Counted from the whole stretch's first letter, positions 1-13,443 are shown. The stretch is DNA of 57,088 nt, filler included, from Sphacelaria rigidula (GCA_964200075.2; 7 parts of 7 records of this genome joined end to end with filler, not necessarily neighbours in it); one strand, 5' to 3'. A program made the numbers and translations. The notes: generated by a model not told the origin, from the letters alone.

Positions 1-2218
1 GCCGCCTATCGCCGCCGCCGGGTGAAAATAGTTGTTGGCCAATCGCTGCTCTCATTTCTCCTCCAAACAAAGAGGGTACCCAGGTTTGTCGCTAATGCAC
101 CATGGTATAACCTACTGTGACGTTCGCCCATTATTTATTCTTTATTGTCTGTAGGTGGGCTGCTTCACCATAATAGATGGGTGTTGCGCTAGATCAGGTG
201 TGATTTCAGACGGTGGAGGGCAGGAAAAAATAAACGAGGTCGTCGCTTTCGACAAGCTGGTTGTCAGAGTAGCACAGAGTAGTGATGGATTGATTGGTGT
301 ATAGGGCTTTCGAGAAGGCCATCACGGGATAGGGCCCCGTGCTACACAAGCATAAAAGTGTGAGAAAATGGTCTCTGCTCCGCGGTGTTCAACCGGAAGG
401 AAATCCTAGACACATGAAACAGTCTGAACGCCTAGGGATGACCGGAAAAGTTATCTGTAGGAGTACGTTTTAGTCAGTTGCAGCTTCACTACAATATTCG
501 AGCAATTCTCAGTGAAGCCAGATAGACAGTACTTGGCTGCAGTTCACCTGGCTGTTCTGTTCCTGTGGAGTCAGAAATATTTGAGCCGCTCTCGATCCGC
601 ACGCTTCATAAAATTGGTGCGCACCCTGATCGCGAAAGTCTGCTGATGAGATATGTTGGATGAGGGGAGGTGAAAATGACAGTGACACCTAGCCTAAGCA
701 ATACACAAAGAGGGCATATTGTGGGACACGTACATCTACGATGGATCGGCCCCTTGGGGCACAAAACAAATATGCAACGGTTTTCGTGCTCATGTTGGTT
801 TCACAACAAGGCTGTAGCGGGACCCGGGAGGGGGTACGGAGGGGGGGGAGCCTACATACAACACCCTCATCATGTGCCGACATTTGAAAAACTCCGATAT
901 TGCGTGCCCCTTTTTCGCCTCCCATGCACGTACCACTGTAGAGACGACAAGTGCCACGCCGAGCGAAGGTGATGACACACGTACTCCATATGTGGCAGTA
1001 CGCTCCCCCTCTGCCCTACTTTCCTAATCCCCGCCCCCCCCCCCCCCCCGCCCCCCCTCGAAGCGACGTCCCCCCCCGATCTTTTGAACAACTTTGTCGC
1101 AGAGTACTAACGAACGACACACAACCTGCACAGGTGAAACAGGCTAGTTCTACACTCCTAACACCCTTTGACATATTATAAATGCGTAAAGTGGACACCG
1201 TGGGCCATATAGTACTGTCCCCCAACATAGCGCACCGCCCAAGAACTGCTCAGCAAGTAGGTGGTCGCCTATCATACCGTATCTGGATCCTTGTCGACTT
1301 GCCCCATACCACCCCCTTCAGCCCTGGCTCCTGAATTTCCTACACACAGCTGCACACACCACGAAACAGTTACGAACCCATGGACCCATCCTAGTACGAA
1401 AACAAATTAATGAAGAAAAACAAGACCCTCCCTCAACATAATCTTTCACAACGTGTACAATGAACCACATCATGGTCGCATGAAAGAACGAAAATAATTA
1501 CGCCAAATCAGCAATGACGGGGTTAACTACCTCGGCTTGCCCCCCTCGACCCCATCCAAGCTAACAGCCAACAGAGAACAATACCCCTGCCCATGTTTTC
1601 CCCCCTCAGCGTTCCCCCACTGCCATTTAACTACACCATACGTCCCTCGCAGGTACGAGGAGGAAGGAGGAGCAGCGCTTGTACCCACAATCCCTATCAG
1701 ACACCAGTCAAGCAAATATAACCAACCATACCGTGTCGGATGGTTGGCAGTGTGGGAGTCAGTAATTTGTCTGACATTAGTGTGCAGCTGTTCAACAACC
1801 ACGTCCAGCACAAAGAAGCCAACGGGTGCGGGCTGCGCTCTTGCTTGAAACATTAGTTTCGAAAGATGTCGGCGTAAACTTACCGGCACAATGAGTCTAA
1901 TAACCGGACGGTTTATTCTGGCAAGGGAAGGGACAAACGTTGTTAATATCTGCCACCTACATTTTAGCCGGCCGCATACCGCGATCGGACAAAATCTACA
2001 ATACTTACTCTCGATTTGGCGGCGGGCGATGTTCCCACCTCGACCGTAACGTAAAACCATTCTTGAAGGCGCCCAGGGAAACAAAGGAATGGCAGAAGGC
2101 ACGCAAGAAACAAGCCCTAGTGACGCAAAAACGACGAGAAACGACGCTGGGCTCTCGGTATCTTTCTTGACCAAAGCCTCCGGTCAGTCCTCATGTGGAT
2201 CCATGAGGTATGTTGTGC

Positions 2219-5200
2219 TCAGTCTGTCCGCGCCTTCTTGCCTGGATGCGGAACATACGAAAAATGTATCATAATTAAAAAAAAAACATGGAACAAGCGC
2301 GAGGATGGTCCGTTATAAAAATAAAATAAAAAGATGGTGAGCTTACGACTGTTTTTTATTCTTCAAGGGGTAACAAAGCCGGTGAGGAAAAAAATGCTGC
2401 AATCTATGTAAATGATACGAGAGGCGCAGCTTCAGCCAACCGTCGATTTGACCGCGCATCCACCACCATCTCATCAGACCCTGGAAGGAACCCCGTCAAT
2501 ACAAGGTGCTCGGTATATTTCCTCGTGAGAAGCAACGATCGGACACAATCGAACGTAATGTATGAAACAGCAAGTCTACCATCAACACGAAGACCCGAGT
2601 ATAACAAGCTTTCGGCATGTTCAACAACAACAACAAAAAATGTAACACCACGACCGCTCAGTGTTCCAAAAAAAGTCAATACGTGCCCTTGTGCATGTCG
2701 TGTGCACCAAACGTCAAGACGATCCGCGCTTAGCCAATGACCAACCCTGTCGTTCATACACCCGTTACTTGCTGCTGGCCACAGCACCACGACAGCAAAG
2801 AGCGCCGTGCCAAAAAGGTTTTGAAAAAAAATCCATAAAGTCATCCAAAACGACCCCGACTAAACCCTTTTGGAAACGTTGATGCAGCCCACCAAAACGG
2901 CGCACCACTCTCAGTACCAGTATACTTATGTGTCAGACTCGTGCACCGAACTCCAAGTGACGTTTCCCCGGTGACGAAAGCTCGCATATGGGAGTTTGAA
3001 AATTGTCATTTTCCATCAAAGGTTTCAAAAGGGTTAACGCGTGGCCGCTAATAAACTCGCAGGCAGCGTCACGTATGTCACCACAGCGGACATGTACGTC
3101 ACAAAGACAAATAGCGAACGATCAAACTCACTTGCAGGTTCTGGCTCGTCGTCATCATCTAGGTCATCCTCTTGTGGGTCATCCAGATCGTCCTGCCCAT
3201 GCTCCTCATCCTCATCCTCCTCATCTTCGTCGTCCTCGTCCCCCCCCTCTCCCGCATCTCCATTCTCTTCTTCGTCCCCGTCATCCTCCTCTCCTTCCTC
3301 ATCACCTGCAACAAAAACGGAGAAAAAAAACGATGATACGCAAAACAAAACAAAAATGACATGACACGTAGTGTTACGCAGCTTCATCATGGTACAAGCT
3401 GGGCCAGCCGTAAAACGTACAAACGCACATCAAACAACAACTTCTCTTGTTTCCCGAATCAGCCGGATTTACGCGTATCACTGTGATCTGCAGACTAACC
3501 TGGTCATGCACGCTCTGCGGCCAAACAAAAGAGGAAAAAATGTACTTCGTAATGTATGACATTAACGACGGAACCAGATTTTGCGAAAAAAAACGATGAC
3601 TTGTCGGAGTTCGAACTCGTGACCTCCACAACTGGACTCTCCTGTATCACTTGACGGGTGCAGCGGTGTCACACAAAAACTGCCAGACTGCGCCCCATTT
3701 GAGGAATTTTCAGCCGAAATTGTACTAGGATCTCCTGCTCGCGAGTACGTGCAAGAGTTTTGGAAACTGCCCCGTTTTTTTTTCTTTCGCGGAGTCATTC
3801 TTCATTTTTCCAGTAGTTTACTTGAAATTTCAAATCGCTCTAAGTTTCCGTTGTTTGGCATCCCGAGAAATGTTGTGGGTGTTGATAAAAGTCGTATGCC
3901 AAATTTCAGCGATTAACGCCTCACATTTAGCACAGCCTGACCCGAAAATATCCAACAATCACCGTCAGCTTGCCCAGCTCGAAGTGCTTCAGGTAAGCGA
4001 GCAGATATTCACAAGTGTGTTTCCACACGTGTTATTTTAGTGAGTGTATGATATGAATTCCAAGCTCAGATGTACCATGATATTGCCGCTCGAGCCCTGG
4101 TGGTGTAACCAGTAAATCGTAGGACTCGGTCAGGGCAGAAATAGGATTCAAGTCCCGGCAAATGCTCTTCTTCCTGTGGAGTATGACTTCGGTCCAGGAG
4201 TATGTGATATCGGTCGTTGAAGAGGGGAGGACGTACGTAGCAAACATTTGACTGAAGTCAAGTCGGTGGTGTAGCGCTCANNNNNNNNNNTCTGCCATAC
4301 CAAAATATCAGGTGTGTCCCGGTGGGAGGTACTCTTTCGTTGCTCGCCTCAGTTTTTTTAACGTGGACTACGCATCCCTTCCGAGACGGAGTACCCGGGA
4401 CAAGATGGGTCAAAAGCTTAATGCTGCGGACTCGTACCTAGGAAGGGGAAGAGTTACACTACAGGTATGACGAAAAATAAGATAATAAAAAAAATAAAAA
4501 TCAGGAGAGGGGGGGCTGTGCGGCAACCAGGAACACCAGGAGACTCATGTTTCGTCTTGACCTCGAGGATCCAGCAACATCAACATCAACAGTAACCGCA
4601 ACAGTGATATCAACAATCAAGACCGACACCAACATTGAAAGTGACATTGACGTTAACACCAACACTACCGGCAGCAACAACAACAGGAAAAAACGAACCT
4701 TCCCCCTCATCGCCTTCATCATCTCCCTCCTCCTCTCCTTCGTCATCCTCTTCATCCTCATCCTCCTGATCCCGTGCCGCCGCTGCCGCAGCTGCCAACG
4801 CCTCCGCCCCGTCGCCGTTCGCGTAATCCTGGGATTTAGACAACACCCACACGTTCCAGGCACGACCATTAATAATTACATTTTGTGTAAACGTATATAT
4901 ACATGTCCATGTATCATGAGTTCGAAGGATTATAATAATCATGACCGGCCGAAACAATCATACTTGGACCCTAGAACTAAATAAACGCACCAGTTGAGCG
5001 TGAATCTTTTTATGGCATGTCCGAAAACATATATTGGTAAACCAGAGGGACCGCAAGGGTCATGCGGTTGTACTGACGTTACTCAAGAGCCACAACCAAC
5101 AAACAGGAGGAGGGAAAAAGGGGGGGGGGGGGAGTATAATTCAAGGCAAAGGCGTCTCCCTCCATTCTTGGGCCTCAAAAGCACCGAGAATTTCGTAAGG

Positions 5201-7333
5201 GCGGCCTTAACCCTTTGACCACCAGGGTGGGACGATCTGTTGAATCGGCATGAATTTCAGTTGTATTACTTCGACATCACAGCGTGACCAAGATTGCTTA
5301 CCCTGGCGGTCAAAGGTTCAACAGAAGGCGGTGCACGTTACGGCGTTCACATCACCATCCTCATAGGTGTCCTGTTCTATATGGACCCTACCCACCCTAG
5401 TTGAAATCTCATCATGTTTAGGTATTGCGTGCTCCCGAGCTTACTACAGCAGTATCTGAACGCCTCAGCTGTAACGCTTCAACACCGCTATCCTCGCCGT
5501 TCCCCTCCAGCTACGGACGCAACACGAGTCACTCATACATACCGCCCGACACAGCAGCACCCTCGCCATGTGCGGCTGTGAGAGGGCAACGCAGAATATA
5601 CGGGGGTTCATCAGTGCGGATCTTACGCGCACTCTTTCTGCAAACATGATTCTTGCAGTGAAGAGTGAATTGGACGTAAATTTCTCACACGATGCATAAC
5701 TGTTCGTCACGACCGAAACACCAAAAATGGGCATTACTGGTCAACACTTTCTACGATGGCCCCCCAAACACCAGCCCAAAATTGTCACGAAGAACATGAT
5801 GATACAGCGCCTCATGTTTGGTTTCAGGCTGCATGAAGCGCCTAAAATGGGCGACATCGGCGAAAACAAACCGAAGCGTTGGAATTTCCAGCTGCTCATT
5901 GTGCCCGGCTTCCTTTATTTCGTTTTACGTGTAGATTTTGCCTCCTCAAACTAGCCAAGTTTTTTTTTTTTTTTTTTGGGGGGGGCTATCGTAAAAAGTG
6001 TCTGGGGCAACCTTGTACAAATAAAAAAACACAAGAACTTGCAAGAAATCTTGGAGAAGTCACGGGCGATATTTTAAGCTAGCGCACGTTCTGCTACGCG
6101 AACAGTACAACTGCACAGGGCGAGCAAGACCGGTCTGGGCGTAGCCTTTGCTGTGTCGACTTCATCATCATCTGGTACACAAACAGCACGTATTCGGCGG
6201 TGCAACTTAACCAGCTGTACAGCGCTTGGAAGTCTATCTCCCGTAGTATTTTCGTCTTGTCTGCGGCACTCACATCATCATCCTCATCATCGTCCTCCTC
6301 GTCATACGGCACCTGCCCCACGCCATCTGCTTCATCCCCCTGTCAAACGAGAAACACACACACGCGCGCGCGCGGGTAGAACGGCAACAGGACAGCGGAC
6401 AGGCGCAACAGAATGAAAACACACCCAAAAAAAAAGAGGTGAATCTTCAGGCTGGACCGAAACGACAAATATATCACGAGGACTGTCACGGCACGCGTGC
6501 ACACAAAGCCTCGCTGGTACAAATTGACGTGTTTCAAAACGCCACCGTCAGCGCTCGATTGACATCACAAAAACAACCTGGTGGCACGAAGGAGGCGAGA
6601 TCGTCCCAGTTCGCCCACGATCTACCCCTGGTTGGACACATCTTTCAACGAATCCTTGTCGTCAGCATCAAGAACACGTGCACATGTACAACAGTTCCGG
6701 TGCCGGTTTCTTCATGTTTTTTTGTGTCAGTGGGGTTTTCCAGGTTTGGCTGATCCTACAATTTACGCGATGGTAGATATAATTTGCTATTGGTGTTAGC
6801 ACCGATATCCGGATCTTAAGTGTGGGGATGACAGTCCCGAGTGCTCTCGGCGTGCGCAGGACGTGTTTCTGTCTAAACCGGCGCCGCGGCAGATACCAAT
6901 TTGAGGTCTGCCAAGGCTCACTTTGCCTCTGGAACGCTGTGCATCCCCGTTCTCCGAGGGTACTCGGTATGCCTTGGGTTGGGTTTCGGGTTAGGGTTAG
7001 GGATAGAATTACGCGGCGATAATGGCCGCCGTCGAGCTTCGAGTTGCCCGTTGATCACGAAGCAGTGAAAAAGGACCGAGACCGGAACTTTTATGTAAGC
7101 TTCTGCACGGAATATTGTCATCTTCCGGACAATAAATAAGTGAATAAAATGACCGGCGGCAGATTTTTGTGTCGCAAAATGAGTCAGCAAGGTTCGATAC
7201 GTACCATAATTCATCATTCGTTATTCGTCTTTCAAAGAGACGTGGAGAAAAAAATTCAAGCGAGCACAGACTATCATCATCCAAGAACTCAGATATTCCG
7301 CTTTTTTGGTCACGTACGTACAGTACTCACCAT
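2219..7333 (-). CDS. Small hyperacidic nuclear protein, prothymosin-alpha-like (131 aa, 5 exons)
   Basis: Phase-compatible GT-AG exons 7333-7331 (ACC ATG|gtgagt, in-frame TAA two codons upstream), 6339-6274, 4828-4699, 3305-3132 and 2241-2219. Spliced product: MGDEADGVGQVPYDEEDDDEDDDDYANGDGAEALAAAAAAARDQEDEDEEDD...DDLDDDDEPEPASKKARTD*. The four 3' exons are well supported; the ATG-only first exon is less certain. Confidence 0.75.
2865..3033. mobile_element. piggyBac-type MITE (intronic)
   Basis: Imperfect TIR CCCTTTTG(G)AAAC...GTTTCAAAAGGG, flanked by TAAA and TTAA. Confidence 0.6.
5211..5317. mobile_element. piggyBac-type MITE (intronic)
   Basis: TIR CCCTTTGACCACCAGGGT / ACCCTGGCGGTCAAAGGT, flanked by TTAA and TCAA. 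Confidence 0.6.
5743..6002. mobile_element. MITE family B (about 260 bp, GACAC...CTACGATAGCCCCC TIR)
   Basis: Inverted termini; homologous copies at 44588-44843 and 49491-49750. Confidence 0.75.
6820..7002 (+). repeat. Interspersed repeat ending in a telomere-like (TTAGGG) tract
   Basis: Homologous to 34428-34598 (inverted) and partly to 34968-35020; ends GGGTTTCGGGTTAGGGTTAGGG. Confidence 0.65.
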
Positions 7334-8071
7334 GGTCCTTTACGGCTGAATACATTCATTTTTACACACGAGGAAGTATCCAAGCATATCAAAACGGTGG
7401 TTTATGGTTCAATTCTGTTCTCATGTATCTCACCTCGAGGCGACTGATCACGAAAAACTAGGCAAAACTAGCGCCAAAACGAAAAATATCGCAATATCTT
7501 GCTTCAACAGTGGACACGCAATAACTCCGCACGATTCGGCTTGTTTGTACTGTGCATACTGATGTGTTGTTTCCGATCACAAATCATGTCAACTCAAAAA
7601 CCTTGCGGAGGAAAAAACTTCCATGACGGTTGGTTCCTCATGGTTCTCGGTGGAACCAGTTCGTACATGTCATTAATCCAGAAAAACACCTGCCATTGGA
7701 GTGTACTTTAGCTATATACTTGCAGAGGCGTGCGTGCCCGTCACGGAGGAATTGTAACTACACCCGACGACGTTTAGCAAATACAAAATCATCGCACGAA
7801 GCATACCAAGTGTGGGTGGGGTAGGGTATCTCCTACACTCATATTTTTCCTTAAATCGTACAGTCGAGGAACCCCAAACTTGGGATGAAGTTTTGAGATC
7901 GTACTCAACAATATCCCTACACAGTACTGCAACCGTGTCTAACCTTAACCAATATATGGGCAGGGTTTGGAGATGGGACCCTCGCAACACGAAATTTCGC
8001 CCCCCCCCCCCCCCCCCCCCCCCCCCCCGCCCACCGCGCGCGGCCAACTCCCCCCACACCCAACACCAGTA

Positions 8072-8171
8072 NNNNNNNNNNNNNNNNNNNNNNNNNNNNN
8101 NNNNNNNNNNNNNNNTTAATTAATTAANNNNNNNNNNNNNNNNNNNNNNNNNNNNNNNNNNNNNNNNNNNN
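8072..8171. other. Artificial scaffold linker
   Basis: N44-TTAATTAATTAA-N44 (stops in all six frames). Confidence 0.98.
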
Positions 8172-9937
8172 TTTCGTCTGCACGGTCAATGGGACCCCCC
8201 CCCCCCCCCCCCTCCCTTGGCAGCCCCATCTGAAACTGCATGGTACCGACTGCCACGAACGAGTTGTTAGGTTTCGCGAAGAAAGGGGGCGGGTCAGAGA
8301 CAACACCAAATGGCAACACCATATTATGATAGTGGAAGGCGATCCTCGTGAGCATCCGTTCCGAGTTGGTTCCGCGACGTGAGTGTCTCCTTCGAAGGGT
8401 GGGATACGGTGGAGTCAGCACTATGGAGGGACAAGAATGAAGGCAACCCGTGTTTACGCATTGCGTTTGTTGGTCTCGCCCCAGCTGTCGCTGCGTACAG
8501 AAAAAAATGAGCAGGCGAATGTGGTTCATACCCACAGTACACCGACGAGGAAGCACACGCAGCAAGCCAAATGCGAAAAAAAGACACAATTAAGGCGTGA
8601 GTTCTCTACTGCGCTGCACTGTACTGTCCTCTTTGGTCGGTGTGGTTGGTACCAAGGCACGCCGGACAAATTGCCATATTGTTTTCTGTCAGTCCATTGA
8701 AAACTTACGTGACATGGTGATGCAAACGCGCCCTACATTATTTTGACGGAATCAGGGTACAATATTTTCTCGGGCTCGCAGGCTCACATGAACTGATGCG
8801 CTGGTTGGTCAACACAGCAAAAGAGAAGAGTGTAGTACATGTGTGTAGGAGAGTAAGAGGGTGTTTCGTGAGACAGGAGAGTGTCGTGCCCGGTACCGTA
8901 TGATTGGAAAGGGGAAAGCATTACTCCGCCCGGTAGTGTTTGGTGTGCGGACTGTAACCTCCAAAGACTCCTCTGTATCTGCTGTGTAGTACTATACTGT
9001 CAAATCAGCTTTTTCTGTACCGTCTGTTATGGCTACGCTCCATCTCGAAGCAGCCACGAGTCTCTGGCTTCTGCATTTGGTGCACCGTCCCCCGTCCCCC
9101 CCCTGCTGCGACTGAGTTGTTGATCTATCGCACCCCCTCTGTTATCGCACCACACGATGTGTCACGGTCGGGTTTAAATTTTCTTCACACCCAGTGCGGT
9201 AGCCCCAGGTTTGACCCACGTTTTTGCGCAACATACTGTGCATCGATACCAATCATTTTTACCATAGATCATGATTGACGACAGATGCGGCAGAGTAGAA
9301 TATGTGACGTGTGAGCTTCCTGATGCTCGAGATACCCGGCAACCTCGCGGTGCCAGTGGAAAACTAGCCCCGAAGTACCCGCATCATTCCCCTCCTTCCT
9401 TTTGCCTGCGTGACGTTAACCTTGCCTAAGGACCCTCTTCGGGAGTCTCACATGAACACCAGATGAACACAAGAGACTGGGATTGATTTTGTCAGGGGTA
9501 TTTTGCTTTGCTGTCGCACGTGGGAATGGGTATTTATCGATTAGAGGTACGTATAATTGTTCGGTAGCACCGTGACGAACATGTGCATCAATATGCCGGT
9601 CATTGCCTTGCCATCCGTCTCTTTTTTTCTGCCCGGAAATTTGCACGACCTGCTGCATGACAGACCCTGGCGCGCGTAGAACTTGGCGAGAGCTTGGATC
9701 GCGCATCGCTGGTCGGAGCATGCAGCAAGGTACAGTACAGTGCGCAGACTTGAAGAAGGTAGAGTCTACTGATACAAAGGATGTGACCCTTCAAGATGAA
9801 CTTCTCGTCCTTCGCCACGTAGGTGTACCTGCTATATTATATATAAGCAATAGAAGCTTGTGTTCTCTTCGTCTTTTGGAGCATCGGCGCTGCGTAACAG
9901 TTTACCAAAAAATATTGGTGCACCCAGCAGCGAAAAC

Positions 9938-10530
9938 AACGTCCAAAGATGCTTGGCGTATGGTACGTATCCAGGGGAACGCACGACGTTGAGGGCACTT
10001 GGAGTACCCAGTACTCCACAAATACGCAGAGGTGCTGGATATCTCCTGGTATCCGGGTATGTTTGGCGCTTGCTCACCGAAATGCCTGGTCTGAAACCCG
10101 CGATACTGGGCACACGTACCAAATTCTCCGGTTAAGCGAGGTTTCGCCTGCTGGAAAAACTCTGTATTCCAGGGTACGTGGGGTACTCGTACGAGTTGTC
10201 GAAAGTACTGCGAGTATCCCAGAGTACCTGAGGTACCCGCGTCCAGAATCACGCGGTATGACACCCGGAGCACTGAGCACAGGTACTTGGTACAAGCACT
10301 GAGGAGAGTACTGGGTACCCTGGGTACGCAGGGTACTTCCTGCCGAAGATACTTGATATTCTAGGGTACAAAGAGTATCTCCACAGCCGAAGGTACTCGG
10401 TGTCCAGTGTTCGTGCGCAGCCAGGGTGTCGGCGCTCCAAAATCGTCACTATCCTAGAACACCCATGGTATTGACACCCCAGAGTACGTCGCGTTGTACC
10501 CTACCCTGCCGGAAGCATTTTTGGAAACGT
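9938..10530. mobile_element. Non-autonomous TIR element with internal GTACC/GGTAC motif array
   Basis: Degenerate inverted ends (ACGTCCAAAGATGCTT... / ...AAGCATTTTTGGAAACGT) around many GGTAC/GTACTC motifs. Confidence 0.5.
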
Positions 10531-12164
10531 CCTATATTACGTTCTAAACGCTTAGTAGCAGTTCATCACCAGTTCGCTATCCTTTCGACCGCAAAGAAAT
10601 GGGGATTTTTGGGTGCAGGAGCAGACATGTGACGTTGGCGTATATGTGGATTATCATGCATTCTTTTCGCCGTCAAAGGATTAGGCGGCATGGGCGTTTC
10701 GGACCTGTACTTAGACCGACGTGTGTAGAGCTCGTGTTTTCTTGGTCTACCTTTATATAACAGGTTACAGTGTCTATGTACCACCTCCTTGGGATAATAA
10801 TTGGACCTCGGGAGGTTGTATACAAGACACGCACCCCACCAGGTGGTGACGTGGTCGCCTGGGCGCCCGCAATGTGGATGGTATCGCGTCCCCTAGAGGA
10901 GGCACTGAGAAGATGAGGCGACAGCGTGTTGAACGCTTCCGACTGTCAACTCACCACACCCCCTACCCCTACTCCGCAGCATATCTACGATGGTATGTGA
11001 CAACTGGTTTCATTGCTGTTTTTCATCATGAGTGACTCCAGACGTTTGACTGGGGGTTATAGGCACCACTCGTTGGTTGTGAAGGATATTAGTCCTCCAC
11101 CGGCAGAGGGAGGGGTGCCATGCCAGCCATCCCGGGTATTTCCCGTCAACGAAATTGTTTTATTCGTACTTTAACCCCGAGCCCCGTCCTCTGTACGAAT
11201 CCGTCGTTTCAAGAGATCAACTCCGTCTGGTCTCCGGTATGTGCGCGACACTTGAATTATTTTTCGTGAGTTACATCAGCACTCCCGCAGTCCATCGACT
11301 CTCATGTACATATCTTACCAACTCTTGATCTCACGTTTCGCACGTTGAAATCCCGAAAATGCTCTTTACTGCTGCGCTCAACTCGCAACATGTATCCAGA
11401 CTACTGACGAGTGTCGACGTACCAATTGGTCGACCGAGGCGCTGTAATTACATTACCGACAACTCATCACACGGGAGGGTTGTTCAGGGGGCGTACTCGT
11501 GATCTTGCATGCCATAGTCATATAGCCATCGACCTCACATCCCGAAAAAGCCGAGACGGAGCACGCCGGGTTTTCGCCGGACCATGCTCGCAACCAATCA
11601 CCAAGCGCGAAGCGCCGTGATGGGTTCGGCGAGTCGCACGAAGGGTGATCTGCATTCTGCGAAGATTGTTGTGCCCAAAGCGTCTGATATCTTGCATTTG
11701 GATAAAAGCTGCCGATGATTTGCTTCATTTCCTGGTGCCCCCACTGCCGAAAACAGCTACGGGTTCCACACCGTGGCATGGGTGTCTTACCATTTGAACA
11801 CTACGTGGAATGATCACCCCCTTTGCGCGGCATTGAGATTTTCCCGCCCCGCACAATATCATCTAGCTCGACCATCATCATGGTTGCCGCGAAAAACACG
11901 CAAGCGCGCAGCTTCTCGGCGACCTACACGATAATCTGGGGTATATGGCACCACGCCACCGGTACAAGATCGGAAATGCAGGTAGAAGCTGAGTGAAACA
12001 GATTCATTTTCGTGAACCTACCGATTGCAATGGTACACGGATCCGGCGTGTTCTCTGATGGTGACGGTGACATACATGCATACATCTTATATATATGACG
12101 ACGTGTTGGGCTACTTTTTTTCCATGTTCCGTTTACTATTATCGATGCTTTCCTTTACTCGTAG

Positions 12165-13443
12165 GCGATGCCGGGACAGCCGGAAGGAGCGGCGAGGACT
12201 CTTGAACGTCTTCTCTGCTTACAGCTTAAGCTATCTCACCTGTCGACCTTGACGCCTGGTGCGCTCAGGAGCTACACGCATTCGGAGGTGAACATCGGAA
12301 TATACACGGACGTTGGGGCTTTGAAACATATCCCTTACATCCCCCTCGAAAGCCACGGCGCATGAACTTATTCAATCACGACGTGAACATTTTCGAGAGA
12401 GTGCCCCCCCCCGCCCGAAAGATCCCACCGCCTTGATATAACAAGTACATGTGCGAGATATATACATCTACATATACCGGAGAGACATTGTAGTTTCTTT
12501 CAGCAGGAGCCTTCACAGACGGCGTTGACGGCTCCATAAGGTGTAGCTTGGGCGTTTTCTACTCCACCCTGGCGGAATTCTGACCTCTTGGTTGCATTTT
12601 CTGCGCTTTTTGTCTAGTGCGTGTGCTATCATCCCATCTATTCTGGACGCCGGTCTACGCCTTTCGGTATGTGTGGGCGCACCAGCCGGGGTCACACAGG
12701 AAGAAGGACAACGCAGGAGTTTTTTTTCATTTTTTTCTTTTGGTTTTAGTACCCCCCCTTCCTTCTGCGGTGCTTGCCTTTATTTTTTATCGCGAGAGGG
12801 GTTCAGCAGTCCCTTTCTCTCGTCTACCATGAAGTCGGATTTTGTGTGCCCACGACATAGCCGCTCTCCACTGTTGGGCATGATGTGAGAAAAAATCCAC
12901 GATCGCTCCGAGATGTGAACCCACGACCCAACCATCAGAAGGTTTCGAGGTGACCATCTGAGCCACCGGGGCGACCGGCTAGGCTTAAGCGTGAACCTCG
13001 CTGCGTGTCCGGCCTCAAATTCCGGGTTGATAGCTTGATCTTTCAACTCAACTTCAAAACTCAAAACGAAACTATTCCATTTCGGCGCCGGAAGCCTGTA
13101 GATGTCGTCCACCGCCCACCGCCATCTGCCCAGGGAACGTGGCGCATACACACGGAAGCTACCATGATAGACCGCGCGTACACATTGATCGCATGCGGTC
13201 ACTAGCTTCCCCAAAACCAGTTTCCTCCGCTTCTGCCGAATGCAGGCTGCCGGTTGTATTGGACGCCGGGCAGATGTCGCCCTCCTGAGGCGTCTGGCGG
13301 CAGACTTTTGGTTTCCCTGCAGGGACGACCCTTGCAGGGTGCTGCCCTTGCTGGCCGAGCACCTGCAGCTGACGCTTAGCTTGGGAGATCCGCAGGCATG
13401 GGAGACCGTATCCTCCTTCTTCAAGCGGGCACAACCATGGGCG
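12165..13443 (+). CDS. Partial gene of unknown function (two internal exons)
   Basis: Exons 12165-12287 (tttactcgtag|...GAG|gtgaac) and 13246-13443 (tgcag|...GCG|gtaaga), both phase 0-0 and stop-free: AMPGQPEGAARTLERLLCLQLKL...|AAGCIGRRADVALLRRLAADFWFPCRDDPCRVLPLLAEHLQL...AQPWA. A further exon may start at 13633 (MYLEFAKHLPDLEP). Confidence 0.45.
12618..12978 (-). mobile_element. tRNA-derived SINE family 1, full-length copy
   Basis: Minus-strand head CCGGTCGCCCCGGTGGCTCAGATGG (A-box) and GGGTTCACATC (B-box-like); body shared with 33104-33945 and 48321-48696. Confidence 0.85.

Noticed and set aside
5342-5371. Possible extra 30-nt in-frame exon (DTYEDGDVNA) in the acidic-protein gene
   Set aside because: Phase-compatible and acidic, but the acceptor lacks a pyrimidine tract; left out of the model without transcript data.
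8116-8127. TTAATTAATTAA motif recurring about every 8.17 kb
   Set aside because: Always centred in N runs; it is an artificial six-frame-stop linker, not a biological periodic element.
12895-12978. tRNA-like sequences with A and B boxes (also near 3590, 32700, 33900, 41760 and 48650)
   Set aside because: No complete cloverleaf, and most are attached to shared repeat bodies; these are SINE heads, not tRNA genes.
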